A DNA stretch of 64,000 bases from Macrostomum lignano (Eukaryota): NCBI GenBank assembly GCA_002269645.1, contig NIVC01002443.1, positions 1 through 64,000 on the forward strand. Reading direction: 5' to 3'. Below, piece after piece: positions 46,806 to 58,298 of the stretch. Each line of letters begins with the position of its first letter. Position 1 is the stretch's first letter. A model generated the notes under the pieces. The model was not told the origin of the DNA. It worked only from the letters and a program-made list of their open reading frames with translations, and did no database searches. The translations under genes and the position numbers were made by a program.

Positions 46806-49061
46806 TCAAACTGCCGAAGTAACTGGAGACTCTTTTGAAGCGTTGATCACCTGGAACGAGCGCTCCGACTCGGCGTGGCTCCTTGGCCTGGCCTCGGTGT
46901 GCTGCAGCAGGCAAACCCGGGCAGTCTTGGTCAGCTGGCTTCTCAACCGTTGGATTACCAGTTCGTGTACGCGGCACTGGCTAGCCAACTCGTTGCACTG
47001 CAGCTGCAAGCGCCTCAGTCGCAGTCGCAAGTCTTGTTCGCTGTCGTCTCTGTCGGACAGACCCGATTCGGTCTCTGAGAGCTCTGCAGCTGTACCGCCA
47101 GTTGCTATGGAAACGCTGCTGCTCGGTTGCCGGGCTAACAATAGATCAAGAGTCAATTGAGAGTCTATGATGCTGTCTAGCTGCTCGGGAGATAGACCTG
47201 TTGCTAGGCAACCGTTTACCTCAATTACAAGATCGCCGGATCGAAGGTCGGCTACGTTTCCAGAGAGGTTGTTCACTCCGTCTTTAGTCTCTGCAGTCTC
47301 TATGGCAACCAGAGTTCGCATGTACTTTAACAAACGCTCGTTACGCTGAAAGGCGCCCTGACGCCTACCTATGGCGGGCTTGGTCAGACCTGTCGTCGAC
47401 GCTTCGTCTCGATGGTTACCGTTGACGTCGCCGAATTGAACCTCTCGCCAGCGCAGGCCCCAGGGCTGAGCTAACGAGCTTCGGGTAAGCTGACACGAGT
47501 GAGTCTCGCAGACTGACAGTATCTCGCGAAGGCTCGGCTGATGGGAATTCTGTTGTTGCTGTTGGTGCATTGGCTCGTCCGATGGAATGCTGGTCTGACA
47601 TTGAAAGTCCTTCCGATGCGTTGCTTTGTCAACGCCGCCGCCAGTGCTCGAAGAGGGCAGCAGAAGCTGGCGCTGAGCTGCCTGCTCCATCTTGAGTCGC
47701 CTTACTCGAAGCTCGGAGTCGCCACTCTGCTGTGGCACCTGCGGCAGTTGCCTCTTTGAAGACTGCTGCTTTTGCGTTTGCGGTTTTGCCTGCTCTGCTG
47801 GCTGTTGCTGCTGCTGTTGTCTCATCTGCTCTATCAGCTGCTGCCGTGGTTGCTGCAGTTCACCTCGAGCACTTCGATTCAGTCTCAGCTGCCTATTAAG
47901 GAAGTTTGCGTCTTCATAATGACGATCGAATTCTGGATAATCGGTTCCGCCAGTGAACCAATAGTCTGTATAGTTCTCCTTGCGCTGCCGGTCCGCATGA
48001 CTGCTCTTCGTTGTTCTGGCTGAATAGCTGCCTGTAGTTGCCTCGGTAGCAGGACCGACTGCTGCTCTAGTGGTGCCAGTGATACGCTGACGAGATGAAG
48101 ATCCGAGCCGAACAGAATGCTGTCTAGCTGATAGAAATCCGCTGCTACCAACTGCATACTTCTGCTTCTGATTTGCCTGAGCCGCTGCTCCTGTCTGCTT
48201 CGAGCCGGATTGCTTGCTGCTTGTCTTGCCAGCCTGTGCCGTCTGGCTTCCATCGGATTGTTGTCCAGCCACCAGAAGCTTGTCGTACAGGTCGGGATTC
48301 TTCTCTCGCAGGCGTTGCAGCTCTCTGAAGCTAGACTGTAAGCGGGCTAGGGTTTCCGAACGGCTCAGAACTTCGCTGCCGTTGCCGCTGCGGTCTCCGT
48401 TGTCGCCACCGCCGCCTCCTCCATCTGGGCCGTTAGAGTCTTCTCGCCCACTCGGCTGTCCGTGATACGTCGGCGACCGAACTATTTTACCAGCCCGTTT
48501 CAAATGGATGCTGAGGTCTCCGCCCCCGGCTCTTGACTGATGCTGCTGCTGCACCGCCAACGGAAACTCGCCCGGCATCAGTTGACGAATCTCGCGTCCT
48601 TTGGAGTCCTTAGCAACTAGTTGAAAATTACTAGCCAACTCTTTCGAGCCATACGAAGCTAATAACAATGCTATCACCTGAGTAGTTTTTGTTTCCATGG
48701 AGACGTACAACGAGTTGTAGAAGCTACCGGGCATAATGCACGAGTCGTGAATTTTCAGCAGCCCGCCTGAACGCATGTGCATGACGAACACGTGGTTGAA
48801 GGATGGCTTGGAAGTCAGTCGCGCGGTTCTGAGGCGTTGCAATAGACGGGAAGTCTCGTCTAGTTCAACTGATTCGGCAAAACCGCGCGGACCGAGGGTG
48901 TCTAGCGTCACATAGAGCAGGTGCGGGTCCTTGGACAGCATGCTGTGCCTGGCTAGCACCGCCTTCACTAGGTCACTGGCAGTTGTTGACGCGTCCACTG
49001 GATACTCTTCCGGCGAGCGAGAATTGGAAAAGTTCGACAGGACGCTGATTGTTGTCGCCAT
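46806..49061 (-). CDS. Intronless scaffold protein: tandem Ras-association (RA)-like domains, Q/S-rich linker, PDZ domain, coiled coil; 751 aa
   Basis: 2256-nt ORF with an in-frame TAA 39 nt upstream of the ATG. RA-like segments: V....T.A.DLVKAVL.RH and GGLLKIHDSCIMPGSFYNSLYVSMETKTTQVIALLL. PDZ: PWGL loop, LRSGDLVIEVNG, helix SPEQLDSII. Heptads LRLRLRRLQLQCNEL. Poly(A) signal (TTTATT on +) at 46585-46590. Confidence 0.85.
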   Translation of the reverse strand: MATTISVLSNFSNSRSPEEYPVDASTTASDLVKAVLARHSMLSKDPHLLYVTLDTLGPRGFAESVELDETSRLLQRLRTARLTSKPSFNHVFVMHMRSGGLLKIHDSCIMPGSFYNSLYVSMETKTTQVIALLLASYGSKELASNFQLVAKDSKGREIRQLMPGEFPLAVQQQHQSRAGGGDLSIHLKRAGKIVRSPTYHGQPSGREDSNGPDGGGGGGDNGDRSGNGSEVLSRSETLARLQSSFRELQRLREKNPDLYDKLLVAGQQSDGSQTAQAGKTSSKQSGSKQTGAAAQANQKQKYAVGSSGFLSARQHSVRLGSSSRQRITGTTRAAVGPATEATTGSYSARTTKSSHADRQRKENYTDYWFTGGTDYPEFDRHYEDANFLNRQLRLNRSARGELQQPRQQLIEQMRQQQQQQPAEQAKPQTQKQQSSKRQLPQVPQQSGDSELRVRRLKMEQAAQRQLLLPSSSTGGGVDKATHRKDFQCQTSIPSDEPMHQQQQQNSHQPSLREILSVCETHSCQLTRSSLAQPWGLRWREVQFGDVNGNHRDEASTTGLTKPAIGRRQGAFQRNERLLKYMRTLVAIETAETKDGVNNLSGNVADLRSGDLVIEVNGCLATGLSPEQLDSIIDSQLTLDLLLARQPSSSVSIATGGTAAELSETESGLSDRDDSEQDLRLRLRRLQLQCNELASQCRVHELVIQRLRSQLTKTARVCLLQHTEARPRSHAESERSFQVINASKESPVTSAV

Positions 49062-50834
49062 GTCGAAAAGTCGAAATCGAAAAGAATTTTGACTCGCTTA
49101 CTGCGAACTGTAGACAATTTAATGGCTCACTGTTTAGTCGTCTACTCCAGGCTTTGCTCTGTTGTAGCTTCTCTTCGCTTAATTTTCTATCGTCTTGAGA
49201 ACAGTCAATATGGTTGAGCGCTTTTGTGTGCCAATTGTGCTCAAGTAGGAACACTGCGAGAGGCGGAAAGAGAGCGACGGTGCTGCCTTTGACTGGATGG
49301 GGGCGCATCCACGGTGTGAAGAGTGTATGCTGTAGAGACGAGGTGAATTTCTCTACAGTGGCTATTACTCCATTTATTTTTTCTCTTCTTTGAACGTTCG
49401 TTGGCAAAACGAAATGAGCTGGCAATACTGCTTCTTATTGGCTGGCTGTCTTTTTTAGTGTTGAGCTTACGATCTTGAGACGATATGCAACTGATAAAAC
49501 TGAGTTTTTGGACTACAAGTTGGTAATGTATAGTTTACAGTATTGGCAAGTTAAAAATGGGAAGTGATATGCCTCGACTGCGACTGTCTATTTAGTACAG
49601 TAGGTCTGGAACTGGGATAGGATGGTAGCGAAACAGAGAGCTGGAACGTGAGGAGAGGAATGCATGGGAACGGCGAGTGGGGGTGTCGGGAGGGTGGCTG
49701 TTAGGAAGGGAGGCTGGGAGCTGCAGCCTTGATGATGAGTCACCACTGCAGACAACTGCGGAGGTTGGCTGGCCAAATAAGACTGTCAAAGTTAAAGGCG
49801 GCGGCGGTTGTACGTATAAAAATTGGGACTGTGGGCGTCAGCTTCACTCCTGTTCCTTTCTATAGGCTCTATTTGGTGGCGGGCGACTGTAAACTACCAA
49901 CCATCGAAAGCTCTGAGATTCTTTGGAGTGTTTTGAAATGAGCGCGCGCTCATCATTAATAATTGATGCTCAGGGAAGTTCTGCAGATCTCAATCCATGC
50001 TGACCTCTGCTGATGCCGATATGCACTATCCTCAGATACTGATTAAAAATCATTGAGCTCATCTATTTTATGCAAATTTTTTATGCAAGCGCGAATCTTA
50101 AATAAAACAATTGATTGATTTCAATGATACAATTTTATCGAACTCACTGGCTACTTTTGTTTTAACTGCTACACGTGTACCAATGATTCCTTTAGCTAGG
50201 TATGATAAAACACGGAAAAACTACGCCTCATGTCTTTTATTGATAGATGCAGTTAAATTTAGTAAAAGCAGAAACAAAGCATTTAAAACTTTAAAAGCAC
50301 AAAACCTTAATTTTTCATCATTTTCTACTGTTTTTTTAAACAAAACCATCTTTAAAAGGCGATCTTCAAGTCTGAGTTTCTGAACTTTTTTTTTAATCTC
50401 AGTCCCTGCGTTGCTCAGAGATGAATTTTGGTGTCGAAAGTATACATTTTAAAAATGAGTTTGGCCATGATCATCATTGGAACGCAGATTAGCTACTTAT
50501 AGTAGAAGAATAAGAGAGAAAGAATCTATTTAAAAATAAATAGGATGTGTCTACAATATGACGAGGTTACGACTTACAACGCTTAAACTAGATTAATTCC
50601 TTAGAAAAAATAGGTTCAATTTGCAGATTTCTCAGCTTAACTCAAAGCCAATGAAGTGTTTTGGTATTGCCACAGGGTATCTTCATTTTCAAAAAAGTCA
50701 ATAAGACACGCCAAGGTTTCCAAGAACGGTAGAGGCGGAGCAGCTCTGCGGTAGACACGTCTGACTCTCTTTTAGACTTTATTTTAACTCTCCTCTCTAT
50801 TCCCTCTCCTCTCTTCTCCTCCTGTGGCTCGCAG

Positions 50835-51055
50835 GGGGGGGGGGTTCACAAACTCGAAATTTCACAACTTCGAAAGCACCCTCTTTCACAATTGATCGAA
50901 ATTTCAGGTCGAAATTTCATAACATCGAAAACTCAAATAGCAACCACTTTCACAAGGTCGAAACTTCATGACATCGAAAACTACTGCATACGAGCGTAGT
51001 TCTTATTATATGAACTTTTCGACGTTGCGAAATTTCGACCTTGTGAAAGCACCCC
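50835..51055. mobile_element. Short MITE with GG-terminated TIRs (Merlin-like), about 220 bp
   Basis: Left end G-run + TTCACAAACTCGAAATTT versus right end (reverse complement) GGGGTGCTTTCACAAGGTCGAAATTT. Flanks GCTCGCAG (50827-50834) and GCTCACAG (51056-51063) form an 8-bp TSD with one mismatch. Confidence 0.5.
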
Positions 51056-51524
51056 GCTCACAGTCGACTACGCAGTCGACCCTGCCTCAAGATAATCCTT
51101 TACCGATCGAGATTCGAGTCACAATTGGGATCAAACTAATCCAACAATTTTTTTCAGAAAGTTCACCACAGCAGGGTTAATCAAACACACTGAAGCTATT
51201 CTGTCAACAAAGTCGATTGACGCACAACTATCAAACACAATGGGCCGTGCAGGTAATGGTCCTGATGCAAGACTGCGGGGATGCTGAAGGAGCTTTTAAA
51301 TAATGCATTAGCAATCGCTATGGAACAGTGTGTGACAGCGACTTCTGTCTGAGACACAGAGATGAATCGATAAAATCAATCTGCATGATTGGCACTAAAT
51401 ATATATTATAACGTAAGCATTGACGAGATGGGACCAAGAAGCTATGACAGGCCGCTCAGATGGCTAGCGAAGCGAAAACGACTCAATGAGTACAGTCAGT
51501 TGATATGGATTTGTTGATAAACGC

Positions 51525-51538
51525 GTTGCCCAGGCAAC
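51525..51538. promoter_or_regulatory. RFX X-box GTTGCCCAGGCAAC in the divergent intergenic region between the RA/PDZ gene and the GT32 gene
   Basis: Matches GTNRCC-N2-RGYAAC. The position is compatible with a promoter-proximal element. Confidence 0.35.
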
Positions 51539-52518
51539 AATACTTTGTGTTGTTTTCGATCCTCATACGGACAGGGATCACGGGCATTGCGAGCGTGCAC
51601 GCGCATGTACTTTTATCATTACCTAGCTTGATGTCTTCTGCTGAGCCGTAAACTTACCGTTTCGACATGTTATAATTTAGACATGCCTTTAATTGTGGTT
51701 TGTCAATCTCAGAATTATTACACCAGAGAGGCGTATTAGTTCTGTAGTTTATAAGAATTTACCTGTTTGAGAGCCACATTCCTAAAACTACCTGTGCATA
51801 TGTAGATACGTTTAAACATTGAACTGTCACCTCTGCAACCTGTGCCGAAAGCTACAAAAGCAGCTGTGTTTCGAAAATATGCTGCACTTTGAGCTGAGAA
51901 TACTCTGAATCAAGCTGAGGCTACGACAGAATGGCGACAGACAATTGACAATAGGCAAAATCTGACGAGCAGGTGCACTCGTAATGCTTGCTACAATAGA
52001 GGGCCTGCGGGAATGAGGATTGTGTAAAAGCCGGAGTGAGACAAAGCACCTCAGCATAGTAAGTGGGGGTGACGGCATTTGTTCTGCATTGTCACTCTCC
52101 GCGGTTCTAGGGGAAAAATATCCCAATTTTCATCCTTCAATCCCAACTGATGGAGCGGCCCAGTGAGCGGTGGAACGAGGCATGTGCGCTGCTATTGGCG
52201 GAAAGTAAAAAACCCTCTCAGAAAAAACCCTAACTTCACTCTCTCGCATTCCTTTCCTCCCCATGCAGTTTCTCCCCTGACCGACATCATATTTAACATC
52301 ATCTTTCACTTAAGCTGCTCAAAACCTCTACTAGAGTGAAAGGCTTGCACTCTATTTAGTCTGGCAGCACTCTAAACTGTCTCCCTTACTAGCATCAGAA
52401 ACCAGCTACAAGTCGCGTCGTTTCTTCTAGCAACAAAATTCGGCTCAAAGCCAGCTGTCTACGCTGCAGCCCGCAGCTGCGCCGTTCAATCGCTACTTCC
52501 AATCGATTGTACTGCATC

Positions 52519-53929
52519 ATGAAGCGAAAGCTGATCTCCAGACTGTATCCATTGCAGCCGATGTGGATTCTAGTTCTTCTAGCTATTGTAGTCGGTCTGT
52601 GCTATTACCTAGGAGCCTATAAGAGACCTGCGGCGCCTCTGCAAATAAAGGTTTGTACCTAAGGAATAGAAAGTGCATTCAAAGACCCAGGCCTACCGTA
52701 TAATCATGTTGGCTGGTCCATATATGCCCAGAATGTGAGGCAGGGAATTGGGTGTGTTTGCACAGCGCATACTAAACTACGATGCTAGCTGCAAACCAAG
52801 CTATGGCGTGCTTTCGTTGATTAGCGAGAAAAATCCAGTTGGACCAAACCCACAATGACAAAGTCAGGGCTGATATGCATTCTGTGCGGTGTGTTGTCTT
52901 TTTCAGGGGCCAGCGAAAGGGGCCAGGAGCCAGGGACATGACAATAGAGCCCAAAAATATCTCTGCAAACTAACGACACCACTGGATGCAAAATCTGCAA
53001 CCTGTTATGCCAATGTGCTTTATATGGAGCTTTATACTACTTATGAGTAAGCACTATAGGAAACATTTAATACCATCGACTTCCTTTTCGTCAAGGATAT
53101 TCCAGAAGCAGCGAAAGTTGAGCAGCAGCTGAAAAGCCGATTTGGAAAAAAAATCCAACTACCCTCAGCTAATAAGTGGAACCGGATTACAAGGAACTGG
53201 CGCACAGTTCACCAGCAGCTGGAGTCGGTTACTTTGCCATCGGGTGCATCAGCGATGGCTCAACAGTCGAAGCAACTCAAAGCGAGTTGGCAGCTCAGTT
53301 GGCAGTCCTGCATGCACGGCTGGCGCCATCGACTCTGGACTGAGAAGGACAACGAACGTCTGGTTCGAGACTTGGCACCCTGGTTTAAGTCCACCTACAG
53401 TCGGTTGGCAACTCTTCAAGAGCGTCTGGTTGCGTCCCGCTACCTGTACATGTACGTTCACGGCGGGGTGTACGCCGATCTGGACAGTCGATGCCTGAGA
53501 AGCTTCGAGCACCTGCTCACTGACTGTGGAGTTGCTTTGAGTGCCACAGCAAAAGCTGATGGTAATATTGCGATCAGCTTTCTGTTCAGCAAGCCGGGAC
53601 ATCAGCTGTGGCTGCGGCTGCTCAAGCTGATGCACGACATCGTCTGGCAGCGTCAGGCAGCGCCGGCTGGCATCGTCTCCGTGGCCGATCCGCGACTGCT
53701 GGCTCGCGTTGTTGATCGAACGCTGCACAGCTTCAAAGACGGCGGGCCGTCAACGCGGGTCTGCGTGATGCCGTCTGCTTATTTTGCTCCGAAAGTGACG
53801 TACGAGACTGACAGTGCTCAGCCTGGGTGCCGGCCTTGGCTGAAAATGACTGACAGAGATTTGACAAAATGCGAGAGTGTCAACATGCGGTCATTTGTAC
53901 TGCACCTACCAACGGTTACTGAGGAGTGA
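52519..53929 (+). CDS. Type II membrane DXD glycosyltransferase, GT32 / Gly_transf_sug family (SUR1/CSH1-like)
   Basis: Exon 1, 52519-52650: MKRKLIS.. with signal anchor WILVLLAIVVGLCYYL; phase-0 donor. Catalytic exon from about 53098 to 53929: VHQ, WRHRLWTEKD, PWF..Y, RYLYMYVHGGVYADLD.RCLR. An optional stem exon 52907-53046 is open, but its phase-2 donor does not match the phase-0 acceptor, so the internal structure is uncertain. Confidence 0.82.
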
Positions 53930-56929
53930 ACCAGTATACTGAACCTGTGTTTTGTCACTGAGTAGTTAATGCGTGTTGCACTTGTGTTGTTGGTCACCTG
54001 TGTTTTCACCCAGGACAAATTAAATATATTTTAATGTTATGAAGTTATCTAGTTCTTGTTTTACCTGCCTTTAGTCACTGAGGATTGAATGTGCTGCACA
54101 TGAATTATTTTCTCACGGTTGCTTATTCAAGTGTATGATTAATGATTAGTGTTTATGATTTATGAAGATCTTTGTTTCTGTGATAAAGCAAATTGCCAAG
54201 CAGATATGCTTTTACCCTACTAGTAGTAGTTCAAGCTTGAGAAATTTTAGCATTGGGACAGTCAAGGAGTTTGAAGGTTTCTGTAAAAATACACAGCAGT
54301 TGCCTAATTTCTTATTGTACCTTTTGGATTATTGTACCTATTGTACCTTACAGACTAGGATTAAAAAACAGCAAGAAGCCACGTGACAGCAAGGTAAAAT
54401 AAAGGATAAAATAAAGCACAAAATATAAAGTTGTAGAGACCAAAAGCAATTCACAAGTTTATAGCCGCGTACTTGTGTCTAAGTTTTTTTGATGCAAAAA
54501 GCAAAGTATACAAATATGTTTTGGTTGTACACAGGCACAAAAAAATTACATAAGGCTAAAATTTCTAAAAGCAGAATCTGATAGAAATTACTCAGAATCT
54601 CTGATTTTACCCTATTTCTGTCTCCTTTTTATTAACTCTCTCCAAAAGGTGCAAGTGCAATTTATTTTCATTTGGATGGTCTAATAGAATTTTTGGAGCC
54701 TTTCTCGAGATACAATAAAGAAAAAATATGAGTGCCAGGGGTGTCGCAACCAAGGGGGGGACAAAGAGGACATGTCCCCCAGTAGAGGCTATGGCCCACC
54801 ACGTGACCCGTTATGGAAATTAATAACTTCGCTTCAGGGCGAAAAAAAAATTCAGGGCGTCAAAATATATAACAAAACCGATTTCCAAATTAATTTAGTG
54901 ATGTAGAATTCTTGGCTTTGTCCCTCCATGCCCCAACCATAGAATCCATTGCAAGGCCCCTACTGGCTGCGCAGCAGCTCGAGGATTGTGCCGTCTCGGC
55001 CCTAGGAAGCATAGACATATTTCTATTGTGTCATACTTCGCGGGCCGCATCACTTCATTTCGGCCCGCTCCTATAGATGCAGGGCTAAGCAAAGTATGCA
55101 GTTTTCGATATACCATCTTTACCATAGACTATAATCCCGGGCCGAATCGTTGTTTCTGCCCGCGGCGTGGCTGAGTGCAAAAACTGAGGTGGGGGGCTTC
55201 GCCCCCACATTTTAACCATGGATAAAATCAACCTGAGTCTGACTACAGTTAAGTAGTGGATATCAGAATTCTTTTGATTCTGAATTTAACTTCATTTTTT
55301 GTCAACCTGCTGAGCTAGAGAAAAATGATCAATTTGTCAAGAATTGCGACTGGAGATATCTCCGGACTTGACACTCTATGGATGAAATCAAGGCTGTAAT
55401 AGTTAGTGTGCTAAGTTATAGATTATAGCATCACTCTAAAGAAACCGATTTTTGTAGGTCGTCGCCGCGATGAATCCGTCAATCGATACACCAAGCGCAT
55501 CTCTGAGAAGAGAAAGATCCAGGTTTCTCGCAGTCTCACGGAAGCATTGCACTCAGAGTCGAAGATGTCGAAGGTGGTTTCAATGGAGCACCGCCAGACG
55601 GAGTACAATGAGCCTGGCCCGTCGCGCAATCCAATAGCTACTCTGGAGAAAGATGGAGCTAAAATTAGCTTCTTCTTGTAAAAGAGGCAAGCGGTGAATG
55701 GAAGCAAGATGTGAACCTGTAACGGACAATGAATTTTGCTAGCCATGTATGTGACAATTACATTTAATGGTTATTTGTTACAACTTTTAAGTATACATTA
55801 ATTACGAGTACATATGTTATACTCAATCGTTCTGGCAAAAGTTTGGCCATAGACTAGCCTCACATATCTTCATTTCGGCCCGCGATGTGGCCTGCGAAAT
55901 CTAGACACAATGATATAGAGCGACTCAAAATTTTCTCAGGACAAAAAATATTGCCTTTAAAGTTACTAAGCTGCTCTAAAAGCGTTCAAGCTTCTCACCG
56001 ACGATTTCGAACTTCTCTTCGTCCTGCTTCTCCATGTCGATTCGTTTTTCGTCCCTGCTAGTCTCCATCAGTCGCAGGCAGAACTCCAGATGTTCAGGGC
56101 AGTCGCTGCAGTGAGCCAGAGGAAATGGTCCGTAGGAAACTCAGTAGTTTGAAGGTCATTTTGCCTGAATTCAATTTTAACCTTACGATATTGCAGTTCC
56201 TTAGCGATATTTTCGGCTTCTAAATCCTCCTCGAATTTTAGATGCGCCATGGCGCTCATGCACCATTGCAGCTGCTTCAGTTAACAAATTTGCACCATCA
56301 AGTTGTCTCAATTGGTCGATTCCGAATGCAGCCCTTTCATGCATTTTGCACCACAGTGGGTAACCATCTGCGAATCTAGAGTAACAGTATTTTGAATGCG
56401 CTTCTGAGTGTCGGATCTGAGTGATAGACGGTGGGCTGTGCCGTGTGCAAATTGTATGTAGATTGTTAAGCCAAAGTTACAGCATGAGAACCCGAGGATT
56501 CGCTTTCATGGCAAAATTTTCAGCTGCTATGGAAAGCTACCGTTTACAGGTTTTTTTAGCCTAAGTTAAACACCTTGAAACTTCATTGTGACCAAAATAG
56601 GTGAGCCCTAGCAAGCAGTATGGTAATGTGCAGATGCCAGCAGATAGTGAAAGACGGCTTAGCACAAAAATTCATTCCAATTGTCTCCAAAAAAGGCGAG
56701 TGGCTGAAATACATGTACCTTTTGCGGTGATCTAGCTGTTGCGAAGTCTCGAATTTTTGGGAAAGCAACCATGGACTACTAGTGATGAGACCAAAGTAGT
56801 ATAGAGAAAATTTTCTAAAATTAACTCTTGTGCGAATTCAGGTATTTTAGTTTTTAAAAACTCGGATAAGCCGTTTTTCATAGTTTAGAATAGCACAATA
56901 ATCAGATTCATTATGCCCACTTTTATAAC

Positions 56930-57219
56930 TCAGTCAGTCAGTCAGTCAGTCAGTCAGTCAGTCAGTCAGTCAGTCAGTCAGTCAGTCAGTCAGTCTGTCA
57001 GTCTGTCAGTCAGTCAGTCTGTCTGTCAGTCAGTCAGTCAGTCAGTCAGTCAGTCAGTCAGTCAGTCAGTCAGTCAGTCAGTCAGTCAGTCAGTCAGTCA
57101 GTCAGTCAGTCACTCAGTCAGTCAGTCAGTCAGTCAGTCAGTCAGTCAGTCAGTCAGTCAGTCAGTCAGTCAGTCAGTCAGTCAGTCACTCACTCACTCA
57201 AATCAGTCAGTCAGTCAGC

Positions 57220-57256
<37 letters not shown>

Positions 57257-57486
57257 AGTCAGTCAGTCAGTCAGTCAGTCAGTCAGTCAGTCAGTCAGTC
57301 AGTCAGTCAGTCAGTCAGTCAGTCAGTCAGTCAGTCAGTCAGTCAGTCAGTCAGCAGTCAGTCAGCAGTCCGTCAGCAGTCAGTCAGTCAGTCAGTCAGT
57401 CAGTCAGTCAGTCACTCACTCACTCAAATCAGTCAGTCAGTCAGTCAGTCAGTCACTCACTCACTCAAATCAGTCAGTCAGTCAGC

Positions 57487-57523
<37 letters not shown>

Positions 57524-57843
57524 AGTCAGTCAGTCAGTCAGTCAGTCAGTCAGTCAGTCAGTCAGTCAGTCAGTCAGTCAGTCAGTCAGTCAGTCAGTCA
57601 GTCAGTCAGTCAGTCAGTCAGTCAGTCAGTCAGTCAGTCAGTCAGTCAGTCAGTCAGTCAGTCAGTCAGTCAGTCAGTCAGCCAGTCAGTCAGTCAGTCA
57701 CTCAGTCAGTCACTCAGTCAGTTAGTCAGTCAGTCAGTCAGTCAGTCAGTCAGTCAGTCAGTCAGTCAGTCAGTCAGTCAGTCAGTCAGTCAGTCAGTCA
57801 GTCAGTCAGTCAGTCAGTCAGTCAGTCAGTCAGTCAGTCAGTC
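56930..57843. repeat. (CAGT)n / (GTCA)n microsatellite, about 910 bp
   Basis: Directly visible. The SQSV ORF is an artefact. Confidence 0.98.
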
Positions 57844-58298
57844 AGGCAGAACATCTCTTTGGTTGGAAGAAATATATTCGGCCGAATGATTTTTGTGTTT
57901 TATTTGCTTCGCCGGAGGCAATGAGACAGAACATTTCAGCTGCTTAAAGCTTTTTCACCAATTTCTGTTTTTCATCTTCTCCCTTCCGGTATGGTCCTGG
58001 TCCTCCCTCCATTAACTACCATTTTACTCATCTATTTGCTCACAAAGATACAGTAAAGGATGCAGCTCAAAACTGACGGGCAATGCAGCTGGATGCGATA
58101 AAGAAGCTGCAGCTTGGTGGATGTTGACTTAATGGAACATCCGCTGCTGTTTCGTAGCCCCCCCACCCCTGTTTGATGTCAATAAAAAAATGCTTTTAAA
58201 CTGACGACCGAATCAGGCGTGAGAAAGCTTAATTCTTGGTCCCAGACGGAACCAGACAGACACACCTGCAGGACCTGAGCCCCAACTGTTCTACTTTG

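Noticed and set aside
54736-55173. Element starting CAGGGGTGTCGC with an apparent 5-bp TSD AGTGC
   Set aside because: The termini match only over CAG/CTG, so the duplication may be chance.
55425-56260. Coding-looking fragments (+: TLKKPIFVGRRRDES..ISFFL; -: ..LMETSRDEKRIDMEKQDEEKFEIV)
   Set aside because: No recognisable domain, start or consistent splice chain; could be transposon debris.
56913-57725. 270-aa SQSV ORF
   Set aside because: Translation of the (CAGT)n microsatellite.
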